Position numbers and translations under genes: made by a program. Below, one piece after another: positions 35,801-48,454 of a stretch of DNA of 64,000 bases. Position 1 is the first letter of the stretch. Each line of letters opens with the position of its first letter. The notes under the pieces are model-generated. The model saw only the letters and a program-made list of their open reading frames with translations, had not been told where the DNA came from and did no database searches. This DNA is from Mustelus asterias (Eukaryota). Location: assembly GCF_964213995.1 (NCBI RefSeq), contig NC_135808.1, positions 83,824,001-83,888,000 on the forward strand, written 5' to 3'.

Positions 35801-38326
35801 AATTGCATTTTAAACGTTTCCCATTGCTTTTCTACATTGATGTTTGCCCAGAGTGAAGCAGCGCAGGAGGAGAGCGGCGTACCCAGTGTGCAGCAGCATG
35901 GGAGGAAGAAGGTAGTGAACCCAGTACGGAGCAGTGTGTGGGATGAAGGCGGGGGGAGTGGTGAACCAAATATGAAACAGGAAATGATGGCAAATCTCAG
36001 CAGGTCTGTCAGCGTTTATGGAGAGAGAATAGAGTCAATGTTCTGAGTCTGGATGCTGAGATTTTCCAGCATTTTCTTTTTTTGTTTCAGATTCCAGCGT
36101 CCACAGCAATTTACTTTCATCTCAGTTTAAAGCAGTGAGGGATGTGTATGGTAACCTGGTGTGGAATAATGCGGGTGCGGAGCGGTGACCCCAGGGTAGA
36201 ACAACATGAGAGGAAGGCAGTAAGCCCAGTGTGGAGCAGTGCGGGAGGAGAGCTTTGGACCCAGTGTGGAGCAGCACAGCAGAAGAGGGAGGAAACCAGT
36301 ATGGAGCAGATCAGGAGGACAGCGATCAGTCCCCCAGGATGAAACAGTGCAATGGAGGGCACTGAACCCAGTGTGGACCAGTGTGTGAGGAGAATGGGGA
36401 TCTAAGTGTACAGCAGCACAAGAGGTGAGAGGTGAATCCAGTGTGGAGTGGAGCAGCGGAGGACAAGATTGTGCTTACCCAGTATAGAACAACATGTTAG
36501 GAGGGTGGTGAACTCTCTGTGGAGCAGGACAGGAGGAGGACGGCGAATCTAGTGTGGAACAGCGCAGGAGGAAATCGCAAACCCGGTTAAAGCAGTGCGG
36601 GAGCAGAGCGGAGAATCCAGTTTGGAATAGCACGGGGGAGAGCTGCAAACTCAATGTAATGCAATGCAGGACAGAACGACGAGCCCAGTTTTGAGTGATG
36701 CAATAGGAGAGTGATCCCAGTGTGGAACAGTGTGGGAGGAACGATTCCAGTGTATAGCAGCATGGCAGGAGAACTGTGAACCCAGCGTGCAGCAGTGTGG
36801 GAGGTGAGCAGTGAACCTAATGTGGAGCAGTGCATGGGGTGGTGAACACAGCCTAAAACAGAAACAGAAAATGCTGGAAAATCTTAGCTGGTCTGACAGC
36901 ATCTATGCAGTGAGAACAGAGTTAACGTTCTGAGTCTGGATGCTGAGATTTTCCAGCATTTTCTGTTTTTGTTTAAGAGTCCAGCATCCGCGGCAATTTG
37001 CTTTTATCTCAGTTTAAAGCAGTGAGGGATGTGTACGGTTACCTGGTGTGGAATAGTGGGGGTGGAGAGCGGTGACCGCAGGGTAGAACAGCGTGAGAGG
37101 AAGGCAGTAAACCCAGTGTGGAGCAATGCGAGACGAGGGCTTTGAATCCAGTGTGGAGCAGCACCTCAGGAGTGTGAGGAAACCAGTGTGGAGCAGAGCG
37201 GGAGGACGGCGGTCAACCCAGTGTGAAGCAGCGCGATAGAGAGCAGTAAACCCAGTGTGGATCATTGTGACAGAAGAGCAGCTAACCCAGTGTAGAGCAA
37301 CATGAGAAGTGAGAGGAGAATCCAGTGTGGAGTAATGGAGGACAAGATTGTGCCAACCCAGTGTAGAACACCGTGTTAGGAGGTCGGTGAACTCTCTTTG
37401 GAGCAGGACAGGGTAAGGGTGGTGAACCCGGTGTGGAGCAGCGCAGGAGATCAGCGAACCCAGTGTGGAGCTACACGGAAGGAAATGGCAAACCGAGGAT
37501 AACACAATGCAGGAGCAGAGCGGGGAACTCAGTGTGAACCAGTGTGGCAGGGGAAGGAGGAAACCAGCCTGGAGCAGTGCGAGAGGATAGCTTTGAACCT
37601 AGTGTGGAACAGCCCATCAGGAGAGGGAGGAAACCAATATGGAGCAGAGCGGGAGGTCAATGGTTAACCCCATGCGGAGCAGCACGACAGAGAGCACAGT
37701 GTGGATCAGTGTGGCAGGAGAGCGGCTAACCCAGTGCAGAGCAACACAGGAATTAGAGGTGAATCCAGTGTGGAACAATGGAGAGAAGGACAGCGAACCC
37801 AGAGTGGAGCAATGTGGGAGGAAATGGCAAACCCAGGATAAAGCAGTGTGGGAGCAGAACAGGCAACAAAGTGTGGAATGGCATGGGAGGAGAGCTGTGA
37901 ACTCAATATAATGCAATGCAAGATGTGAACAACGAGCCCATTTGGAGTGGTGCAGTAGGAGAGCAATGAACCTATTGCGAGCAGCACGGGATAAGAGCGA
38001 TGAAACCAGTGTGAAACAATGCGAGAGGAGTACGGCAAACCCAGTGTGGAGCAGTGTGGGCGGAGAGCAGTGAACCCAGTCGAGTCGTGTGCATGGATGG
38101 TGAACCCAGATGGTGGGATGAGAGTCATAAAACGTGTGTGGAGCAGCGCCGGAGTTGAGTGATGAACCAAGTGTGAAGCAGCGCAGAAGAGGGACAAAAC
38201 ATACATGGAGCAACGTGGGAGCAGTGTGATAATACCTGTATGCAGCAGCACAGGAGGAGAGCGGTGACCCAGTGTTGAGCAGTGCAGCAATATACCAGCA
38301 AACCCAATGTTTAGCAGTGCAGGAGG

Positions 38327-39680
38327 GGCAACTATACTGAGCAGCAACTACAAGAGAAATGCAGGGAACAGCACCAGCTCTTGAGCATGACCGCCTTTGA
38401 CCTCACATTGTTCAACCTTGTCAACCCTGAGGGATTATGGAGAACTCTCCACCATTTCGGCTGCCTCGAAAGTTTGTCACCATTCTCCACCTGCTCCACA
38501 ATGACATGCAAATTGTGATCCTGACCAATGGATCCACCACAAATCCAATTCACTTTCGGAATAGGGTCAAGCAATTCTGTGTCATCACACCAACTCTCTC
38601 CTCAATCTTGCTTCCTGCAATGCTCCATCTCACTCTCTGCAAGCTGCCACTAGAGGAGAGCGAAAATACAGCACAGCAAGAATCTGTTCAGCATCCAATA
38701 CATGAAGGCCTGATCCAAGGTTGCCCATCCTCTGTCATTGAACTACATAAAGTAAACAATGCTTTCGTCTGTGCCCAATTGGAGGCCTACGTTCTAAGCC
38801 ATCGTCAACACCTTCACCAAGGCGTACGAGAGCATGGGCCTTAAACTAAATGTCCGTAAGACGAAGGTCCTCTTCCAACCTACCCTTGTCACACAGAACT
38901 GCTCCCCCCAATGGTTAACAAAATCGACAACCAGGCCTTGGTAAATGTGGACCACTTTCCATATCTGGGAGACTACTGTCAAAAAGGGAAGACATCGACA
39001 ATGTGCTTGAATACTGTATTCACTGTGCCAGCACAGCTTTCTGTCTCCTGAGGAAATGTTTGAAGATCAGGACCTCAGACATAGCACAAAGCTCATGATC
39101 TGCAGTGTAGTAGTGAAACCCCGCGTCTTATGGGGCTCAGCGATGTGGGCCATGTACAACAGGCATGTCGAAAACCTGGAGAAGAACCACCTCCGCAAGA
39201 TCCTGCAGATCCATTGGCAGGATAGGCACACTAACATCAGTGTCCTTGCTCAGCACAATATCCCTAGCATCGAAACATTGACCATGCTGAGTCAGCTCTG
39301 CTGGGCTTGCCACATCGCCGCTCGTCGGACACAACACTCCCAAAGCAAGTGCTGTACTCAGAGCTTCAATACAGCAGACAAGCCCTAGAAGGGCAGATCA
39401 AATGCATTAAGAACATCCTCAAATCCTCAAAACGTACAACATCCCCACCGACACCAGGGAATCTCATGCCCAAGTCCACCTGAAGTGGATGAAAAGCATC
39501 TGAGAAGGAGCTGAACACCTTGATCTTCACCGCCAAGAGCAAGCAGAAGCAAAGTGTCAACAGGGAAAGTAGCATGTAGCAATCCACCCACTCCTCCAAT
39601 CTCTATCTGCCCCACCTGTGATAGAAGTTGTAGTTTGTGCATTGGACTGCTCCGTCACCTGAGAACTAATTTTTGAGTGT
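38327..39680 (+). mobile_element. RTE LINE RT/3' fragment (macro-repeat copy)
   Basis: Same 5' junction; FVTILHLLHNDM..RVKQFCVITPTL and LRKILQIHWQDRHTNISVL. Confidence 0.85.
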
Positions 39681-41171
39681 TGTACCAAGTGTGGGGCAAC
39701 GCGGGAACGTGGCCCAGTATGCAGCAGCGTGTCAGATGGAGGAAGCCAATATGGAGCAGAGCCAGTGGACAACGGTCAACGCAGTCAGGGGTAGCGTGAT
39801 AGCACTGAACCCAGTATGGAACAGTGTGGGAGGAACGTGGTAAGCCAGTATGCAGCAGTGCGGGAGGAGCGTAGTGAACCCAGTATATGGCAACGTGGTG
39901 TGGAGTAGTGCAGAGGTGGAACAGCAACTGCAAGGTAGAAGAGCATGAGAGGAAGGCAGTGAACCCAACGTAGAGCATTGCGAGTGAAGCGCATTGAACC
40001 CAGTGTGGAGCAGCGCATCAGGAAAGGAAGGAAACCAGTATGCAGCAGTGCGGAAGGACAGCTGTTAATGCAGTTTAAAACAGCGTGATAGAGAACAGTG
40101 AACTCAATGTAGATCAGTACGAGAGGAAAGAGGTGAACCCGGTGAGGAGCAGCGGAGGATGAGATTGGCGAACCCAGTGTGGAACAACATGTTAGGAGAG
40201 CGGTGAATCTAGTGTGGAACAGCACGGTGGGGGGGTGGGGGGTGGGGGGGGTGAACGCAGTGTGGAGCAGCACTGGAGGAGAGCGGTGTATCGATTATGG
40301 AGAAGCGCGGAAGGAAATAGCGAACCCCGTACAAAGTAGTGTGGGAGGAGTGTGTTGAACCGAGCATGGTGTGGTGCTGGAGGAGAGCTGCGAAGCCAAT
40401 ATAATGCAATGCAGGAGGTGAACGATGAACCAGTTTGGAGTGGTAGTAGTAGAATGATGAAACCAGTGCGAGCATCACAGGAGAAGACCAATGAAACTAG
40501 TGTGGAGCCGTGGAGGAGGAGAGCGATGAACCCAATGTGGACCTGTGCAGGCAGAGACTGGTGAACCAAGTGGAGCAGCACAGGAGGACAGCGAAGCAAG
40601 TATGTAGCAGTGCAAGAAGAGAGCTGCGATCCCCTGGTAGAACAGCAATGGATTAGGGTGTTGAATCCAGTGTGGAGCAGATGTGGAAGGGAGCAATGAG
40701 CACAGCGGCAAAACCCAGTATGGAGCAGTGTCGGAGGAGGCTGGTGAACCCAGTTGAGCAGTACAGGAGAAGAACAGAGAACCCAGTGTGGAGCAGTGTA
40801 GGATGAGAGCAGTGTACCCAGTGTGCAGCAGTGCGGGAGCTATGTGGCATTCACTATTTGGAGCTGTGTGGGATGATGATGATGAACCTTGTGTGGGCCA
40901 GCATGGATGGAAAGAAGTGAATCTAGTGTGGAGCAGCGGAGGAGGGGATTGCCAAATCCTACATAAGAACAATGTGTTACGAGGGCAGCGAAATGAGTGT
41001 GGAGGGTAACGGGTGAAAAGCGGTGAACTCAGTGTGGAGTAGCACAGGAGGGGAGCGGCAAACTCAGTATAAGAGGAAATGGTGAATCCAAAATAAGCAA
41101 TGCGGAAGTACAGTGGCAAACCCAATGTGAAGCAGTGTGGCACAAGAGCAGCGAACCCAGTATAAAACAGT

Positions 41172-42850
41172 GCTGAGGCCAAATGCAATTGAATTTTTCC
41201 AAATGGGCCCACAGGCCAAAGCCACCCTCATGAGCTGCATTTCATGAATCCCAGGGAGGGATGTCCTGTTGGAAGGAGAAGAAGAAAGATGAAATATGTG
41301 TGCTTGCAAGTCCTAGGCCCTTATAGCAGAGCTGGATCCCCAGTCCTCTTGGATTTGCTTGCAACCTGATCAGGGCCTTGCTCTGTCAAGCCCATGTGGT
41401 AGCTGGTGTGCAATGGTCACCCTTCGTTAAAATAATTCTCACACAGGCTTCGTCCAGCCCTTAAAATGAAGTTCAGGACCTGGAATGTCCTGGCCCTCAT
41501 GGACAATCCCACAGTAACAGACCAGACTGGTGTTGTGACATCATGGCCTGCGATCTTAAGCTCTTAAACATTGACATCATTGCCCTAAGCGAAACCCGGT
41601 GAGCAGGGGAAGGCCAGCTCAAGGAACAAGGTGGCGGTTACACCGCCTTCCGGAAAGGTAAACCAGAAGAAGTTCACTGTCTTCATGGGGTTGGCTTTGC
41701 CATTAAAAACAAACTTATTGGCCGACTCTGAGACTCCTGCAAGATAAACAAATGCCTCATGGCCCTTTAGCTCACCTTATCCCAGAACCTGTACCCTGCA
41801 GTCATGAGCGTGTACGCCCCACCACAAATCTACAGAACGGTCCAAAGAGGAATTTTACTGCAGCCTCAAAGAATTGCTGGCCTGTATCCCAATGGGTGAC
41901 AAGACGATCCTCCTTGGAGAATGACACGACAGAGTTGGAAAGGACAGAGACCTCTGCAAGGTGTAACTGATGAGAGAGTGGCTCCGGGAAATCCAACATG
42001 AGTGGTACCCTGCTCCTGAAAAAAATGCCTAGGACACGGCCTTGGATCAATCAACGCTGTGTTCCATCAGTGAGATAACACCCTCACTCCCAGCACTGTC
42101 ACCTGTTCAATTACATCATCGTTTGAGTGAGAGAATACAAGGACACGCTTCTCACCTGCACCATGACAGGAATCGACAATTTGCTGGATGGATCACCGTC
42201 CAATCTGCTCTGATCAATATCAATATCAATGTAGCCCCAAAGCAGTTGCAGTAACACAAACAATGTTGCAGGAAAATCAACACTGAGGCACTAAAGACCC
42301 CGATAAGGTAGTCCTATTCAGCTGGTGCCCAGTGACCCAGACATGCAGAATGCCCCCAGCCCTGGTCTGTCCTCAAGACCAGGAAACAGCAACACTGGTT
42401 TGATGGGAACAACCGGGAGAGCTCGGAGCTGATAAGCCACAAGGCTGTTCTGAACCTGAAACACCAACACAACTCGAGAGCAGGAAAGTAGTTTTACAGA
42501 CAGCTGAAGGCTGAGGTTCAGCAAAAACTCCACAAACTGAAGAACAGATGGTGGGTGGAGAAAACACAAGACATTCAACAGTTCACCAACAACCATTACG
42601 AGTGAGGTTTCTTTAACGCAGTCAAGATCACCTATGGCCCAAGCACCCAGGGCCCCACCCCACTGCTGGCCAAACACGCAGAGGTGCTCATTAGGAACAA
42701 AGAGGCAGTCAGCATCTGCTAGAAGGAACATTTCAAAGACATCTTCAACATAGACTCTGTCTTCTACGCAAGTGTCCCCAATTCCATCTCACAGCATGCT
42801 ACCCACATGGAAGCACATCGCAAGATTCCGCGTTAATTGTGTTCTCCCTG
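41172..42850 (+). mobile_element. RTE LINE 5' half (5' UTR, APE endonuclease, linker), degenerate
   Basis: Manual translation: MKFRTWNV, DIIALSETR*AGEGQLKEQGGGYTAF..HGVGFAIKNKL, SVYAPT. Confidence 0.8.
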
Positions 42851-43431
42851 TGGCTGAAGTGTTCTTCCCAGATTTGCAATGTGGTTGCTGCGGAGACCAG
42901 TGAACCCAATATGGAGTGATGCGGGAGCAGAGCTGTGAACTCAATATAATGCGATGTCGGACGTAAACAATGAGTCCAGTTTCGAGTGGTGCAGTAGGAG
43001 AGCAATAAACCCAGTAATGGAGGAGACCAGTATGGAGCAGAGAGGGAGGTCAGAGGTAAATCCTGGGTGGAGCAGCACGAGAGGAAAGAGATGAATCCAG
43101 TGTGGAGCAGCGAGATTGGCGAACCAAATATAGATCAATGTGTTAGGAGGACGGCAAAAGCAGTGTGAAGCAGCACGGGTGTAACTGGCAACTTAGTGTG
43201 AAGCAACGTGGGGGCTGAGCGATGAACCCAGTATGGAGTGATGTGGGATGAAAGCTGCAAATCCAATATAATGCAGGACGCAATCGACGAGTCCAGTTTC
43301 AAGAGCTGCAGTCGGAGAGCAATTGATCCAATATAAGCAGCATGGGAGAAGAACCACTGTGGGGCAATGCAAGAGGTGTACGGAGAATCTAATATGGAGA
43401 GCGATAAAACCTGAAGTTTGTGAAAAAAAAA

Positions 43432-43704
43432 GGCGGCACAGTGGTTAGCACTGCTGCCTCACAGCGTCAGGGACCCGGGTTCAATTCCAGCCCCGTGTTT
43501 GCGTGTGTTTCCTCTGGGTGCTCCGGTTTCCTCCCACAAGTGTGTGGGTTAGGTTGATTGGCCTTGCTAAATTGACCCTGGTGTCAGGGGATTAGCAAGG
43601 TAAATATGTGGGGTTATGGGAGTGGGGCCTGGGTGGGATGGTGGTTGGTGCAGTCTCAATGGGCCAAATGGCCTTCTTGTGCAATGTAAAGATTCTATGA
43701 TTCT
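43432..43704 (+). mobile_element. HE1 / V-SINE with internal deletions
   Basis: GGCACAGTGGTTAGC (A box), GGGTTCAATTCC (B box), GGGTGCTCCGGTTTCCTCCCAC core and a GATTCTATGATTCT tail. Confidence 0.85.
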
Positions 43705-44305
43705 GTCTGGAGCAGTAGAGGAACAGAGAAGTGAACACAGTGTGGACCATCGGGGGAGGAGAATGACAAAACCAGTGTGGCCCAGTGCAGGCACAGTGTG
43801 GTGAATAATGTGCCTGGATGGTGAACCCAGTATGGAGGAGCACGGGTGAAGAGTGGCGATCCCAGTTTAGGAGAGTGTGCGAGAAAGTGGAGGAATCCGG
43901 TGTGGAGCAGCACAGGATGAAAGGAACAAACTGCATCAAACCTGAACAATCAGCAGCATGGGAGGAGAACAGTAAACCGAGGAGAGCAGTGTGGGAGGAG
44001 TGTGGTAAACGCAGTGTTGAGCAGCGCAGGAAGTGATTGGCGATCCCAGTGCAGAGCAGGAACGCAGACCACTCGGAACTCAGGTATTCAGTGCAGGAGG
44101 TGATTGGTGAACCCAGTGTGGAGCAGCGCGCAAGGAGAGTGGCAATCCCAATGTCTGCAGTGCAGGAGGAGATCGGTGAACCACGTTCAGCAGTGCAGGA
44201 GGAGAGCGCCGAACCCAGAGTGGAGCCATGTGGGTGGGTAATGGCAAACCCAGTGTTGAGCAGTGCAGCAGTATAACAGCAAACCCAGGGTAGAGCAGTG
44301 CGGGA

Positions 44306-46540
44306 GGAGCAACTACACCGAGCAGCCATAAGAGAAATGCAGGGAACAGCACCAACCCTTGTACATGGCCTTCATTGATCTCACAAAAGCCTTCAACATT
44401 GTCAGCCCTGAGGGATTATGGAGCACTCTCCTCTGTTTTGGCTGCCCCAAAAAGCTTACCACCATTTTCCATCTGCTCCACAATGAAATGCAAGCCATGA
44501 TTCTGACCAACGGATCCATCACAGATCCAATTCACTTTTGGAATGGAGTTATGCAATTCTGTGTCAAGCCACCAATGTTTTTCTCAATCTTGCTTCCTGC
44601 AATGCTCCATCTCATCCTCAACAAGCTGCTGCTCGAGTAGAGCTAAATTAAAGAACAAACAAGAATCTGTTCAGCATCCAGTACGTGCAGCCCTGATCCA
44701 AGGTCATCGAATCCTCTTTCACTGAACTACATAATGCAAACGACGCTTGCGCAATTGGAAGCCAACCCCCAAGCCATCATCAACACCTTCAAGACGTAGA
44801 AGAACATGGGCCTTACACGAAATATCTGTAAGACAATGGTGCTCTTTCAACCTGCCCTTGTCATGCAGAACTTCCCCCTACCGGTTATGAAAATTGACAA
44901 CAAGGCCTTGGAAAATGTGAACCACTTTCCATAACTTGGGAGCTCACTATTAACAAGGGCAGACAGGAACACTGCCTTCAGAGTGCCAGCATAGTCTTTT
45001 GTCACCTGAGGAAGTCTTTTAAGATCACAAACTCTGATCCAATGAGAGGCTGGTTTGAGTGATGGACTGGGCTTCGTTCACGACCCTTTGTAGTTTCTTG
45101 CGGTCTTGGCAGAGCAGGAGCCATACCAAGCTGTGATACAACCAGAAAGAATGCTTTCTATGGTGCAGCTGTAAAAGTTGGTGAGAGTCGTAGTGGACAT
45201 GCCAAATTTCCTTAACTTCCTGAGAAAGTAGAGGTGTCGGTGAACTTTCTTAACTATAGTGTCGATGTGGAGGGACCAGGACAGGTTGTTGGTGATCTTG
45301 GCACCTAGAAACTTGAAACTCTCGACTATTTCCACTTCATCCTCATTGATGTAGACCGGGGTATGTCCTCCACTACGCTTCCTGAAGTCGAAGACTATCT
45401 CCTTCGTTTTGCTGACTTTGTCGTTGCACCAGTTCACCACATTCTCTATCTCTTTCCTGTACTCTGCCTCATCATTGTTGGAGATCCGACCCACTATCGT
45501 AGTGTCATCGGCAAATTTGAAAATCGAGTTAGAGTGGAATTTGGCCACACAGTCGTGGGTGTATAAGGAGTATAGTAAGGGGCTGAGGACACAACCTTGT
45601 GGGGCATCAGTGTTGAGGGTGATCGTGGAGGAGATGTTGTTGCCTATCCATACTGATTGTGGTCTGTGGGTTAGGAAGTCTAGGATCCAGTCACAGAGGG
45701 AGGAGCCGAGCCCCAGGCCTCGGTGTTTGGAGATGAGTTTTGTAGGAATAATGATGTTGAAGGCTGAACTGTAATCAATAAATAGGAGTCTGACATAAGT
45801 GTCTTTGCTATCCAGGTGTTCCAGGGTTGAGTGTAGGGCCAGGAAGATGGCGTCAGCTGTGGACCTGTTGTGGAGATAGGTGAACTGTAATGAATCCTTG
45901 CAATCTGGGAGCCCGGAATTGATTGATGCCATGACTAACCTTTCGAAGCACTTCTTAACGATGGATGTCAGAGTCACCGGATGATAGTCATTAAGGCACG
46001 TTTCCTGGCTTTTCTTTAGTACAGGGATGGTGGTTATCTTCTTGAAGCAGATAGGGTCCTCAGATTGATGTAATGGGAGGTTAAAGATGACTGCGAATAC
46101 CCCTGCCAGCTGGTCCGCGCAGGATCTGAAAATATCCCCAGCATCGAAGTATTGACCATGCTGAGTCAGTCTGCTGGGCTGGCCACACCGTCCACATGTC
46201 TGACACAAGATTCCCAAAGCAAACGCTGTACTTGGAGCTTCGGTACAGCAAGCAAGCCCCAGGAGGGCAGAGAAAATACATCAAGGACACCCTTAAAGCC
46301 TTCTCAAAATGTACAACATCCCACCCATACCAGGGAATGACTGCCTGAAGTGGATGAAAAGCATCCAAGAAGGAGCTGAACACCTTGATCTTCATCGCCT
46401 AGAGCAAGCGGAAGCAGAACGTTGTCAGGGAAAGGAGCGCATAGCAATCCACCCACTCCTCCAATCCCCATCTGCCCCACCTGTCATAGAGATTGTAGGT
46501 TGTCATTGGACTGCTCCATGATCTGAGAACTTATGTTAAG
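44306..46540 (+). mobile_element. RTE LINE RT/3' fragment (macro-repeat copy) interrupted by a Rex1/Babar piece
   Basis: YMAFIDLTKAFNIVSPEGLWSTLLCFGCPKKL (ORF 44359-44640). Confidence 0.85.
45042..46128 (-). mobile_element. Rex1/Babar-type LINE internal RT fragment (ORF 45078-46217 largely open)
   Basis: [59 protein letters not shown] and KFADDTT. Confidence 0.9.
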
Positions 46541-47223
46541 TGTTGTAGCCAGCATGGAGGAGAGTGGCATGCCCAGTTTGGAGCAGTGTAGGAGAATGGT
46601 GGCAAACCTAGTATAAAGTAGTGTAGGATGAGAATGATGAGCCTAATGAGGAATGGTGGGAAAGGAGAGTGTTTAACTGAGTGTTAGGCAGAGTAGGGCG
46701 TTTAGCAGTGAACTTGTATAATGCAACGTGGGTATAGAGAACTGATCCCAGTGTACAACAGCGTGTTAGTAAGGAGGTAAGTGGTGATCCCAGGGTAGAA
46801 CAACATGAGAGGATGGCGGCAAACAATGTGGAGCAGTGTAGCAGAAAAGGGAGGAAACCAGCATTCAGCAGAGCAGGAGGACAGCAGTCAATCCAGTGTG
46901 GAGCAGCACGAGAGGAGAGACCTGAATCCAGTGTGGAGCAGCGAGAGTTGCGAACCAAGTGTAGAACAATGTGTTAGGAGGACAGCGAAAGTAGTGTAGA
47001 GCAGCGGGTGTGGAATTGGCAACCGAGTATGAAGCACCTCAGGAGCAGGGCGTGATGCGGGAGAGGAGCTGCAAACACAATATAATGTATCATAGGACCT
47101 AAATGACAAGCCCAGTTTCGAGTGGTGAAGCAGGAGATCAATGAACTCAGTGCGAGCAGCATGGGAGAAGAACAATGAAACCAGTGTGGAGCAATCGGAG
47201 AATCGAATATGCAGCACAGGAGG

Positions 47224-48047
47224 TGTGGTAATATAAACAGGGCCTAGTTTTAAGGCTGATAAAATTGGATATCCTAAATTAAAGAATTGGGCGTATTAAA
47301 ATCAAACACAGTCAAACCTTGGGCAGGCCAATTGTACAAATACACAAACATGTCTGGGCCTGACCCATCAATCACCCATCAAAGGTCGTTGCACTCTACT
47401 GATACTTAGCAGGAGATCATTGCACCCCTTTGAAATGCACCGGCCTATTGTTAGAAGCCCAGATCGGGCCAGACTTTCTGTCACCAAGAGTTCCTGCAGT
47501 TAGCTTGTCTGATAACAGGTTACATGTAAGCAACAGCATGGAGATGGACACCTGGGGGCGGACCCTGGTGTGCTGTCAGGCAGACATCAAGAAACCCATT
47601 GGGTATTGGAACCTCCTCCTGGGACCTCATTGGCCGGAAGCCAGAGAAGTTTCTGGAAAGGCAAGCAGACAGGGGGATAAAGGGACACATTTCAGACACA
47701 CCAGGAGCGAAGACGCGACGAGGGAGCCGACCGTGACCATTCGGAAGACTGACCAGAGAAGGAAGGAAGAAGCTGCCACCAAGACTCACCTTCGTGACAA
47801 CGGACCAGAGGGACTCAGAGAATCAAGCCTGCAGTTTAACCAAACCATCTTTGCGGGTAGTATATTTGAATCTGGGGTATCCTCTTGTTTTATGTGGGTA
47901 ATTTAAGGGTTAATAGTGTTATTATTAATAAACTTGTTGAACCTTTACTTGTGTTTGTCCTTTGTCCATCTTGCAAATAAGGATACCGGGTAAAACCTTA
48001 GAGTAAGCAAACTGGTCGAAAGTATCTGAGAATTAACAGGTACAACA
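47224..48047 (+). mobile_element. Solo LTR (824 bp) in satellite 2
   Basis: TGTGGTAA...TACAACA ends, 4-bp TSD GAGG (47220-47223, 48048-48051) and AATAAA at ~47927. Confidence 0.85.
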
Positions 48048-48454
48048 GAGGAGAGCGATAAAACCAGTCTGGAGCACTGGAGGAGGAATGAGGTGTAAAC
48101 TGTGGACTATCATGGGAGAAGAGCAACAAAAGCAATGTGGCTAGTGCAGGCAGAGTGCGGTGAACCCAGTCGAGTAGTGCGCATGGAGGGCAAACCCAGT
48201 ATGGAGCAGCGTGGGAGGAGGGCAGAGATCCCAGTTTAGAAAAGTGTGGGAGGAGGCGGAGGGACGATCCCAGTGTGGAGCAGCGTGTGAGGAGAGCCGT
48301 GATCCCAATGTGGTGCAGCACAGGAAGAGATCAGTGAAACCCATTGAGCTGCGCAGGAGCAGAGCACCGAACCTTGTGTGGAGCCATGTGAATGCATGAT
48401 GACGAATCCAGTGTTGAGCAGCGCAGCAGGAAACCCAGGGGGAGCAGTGTGGGA

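Larger units (their letters stand above)
31108..37465. repeat. Recent tandem duplication of ~3.28 kb (31108-34385 and 34386-37465)
   Basis: Paired near-identical ORFs at offset 3277 (31675/34952, 32187/35464, 32865/36142). The offset drops to 3077 after a ~200-bp deletion (33937/37014). Confidence 0.95.

Noticed and set aside
40226-40251. G-run cluster with G-quadruplex potential (also ~996-1017)
   Set aside because: Isolated homopolymer expansions not shared by sister repeat copies; no evidence of function.
45078-46217. 379-aa ORF as a domesticated or chimeric gene
   Set aside because: The first ~30 codons are antisense RTE sequence fused by chance to a truncated Rex1/Babar RT, and there is no promoter or splice evidence.
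47430-47906. 158-aa ORF in non-satellite sequence
   Set aside because: Lies inside a solo LTR bounded by TG..CA and a TSD, starts at a non-ATG codon, and has no recognisable domain.
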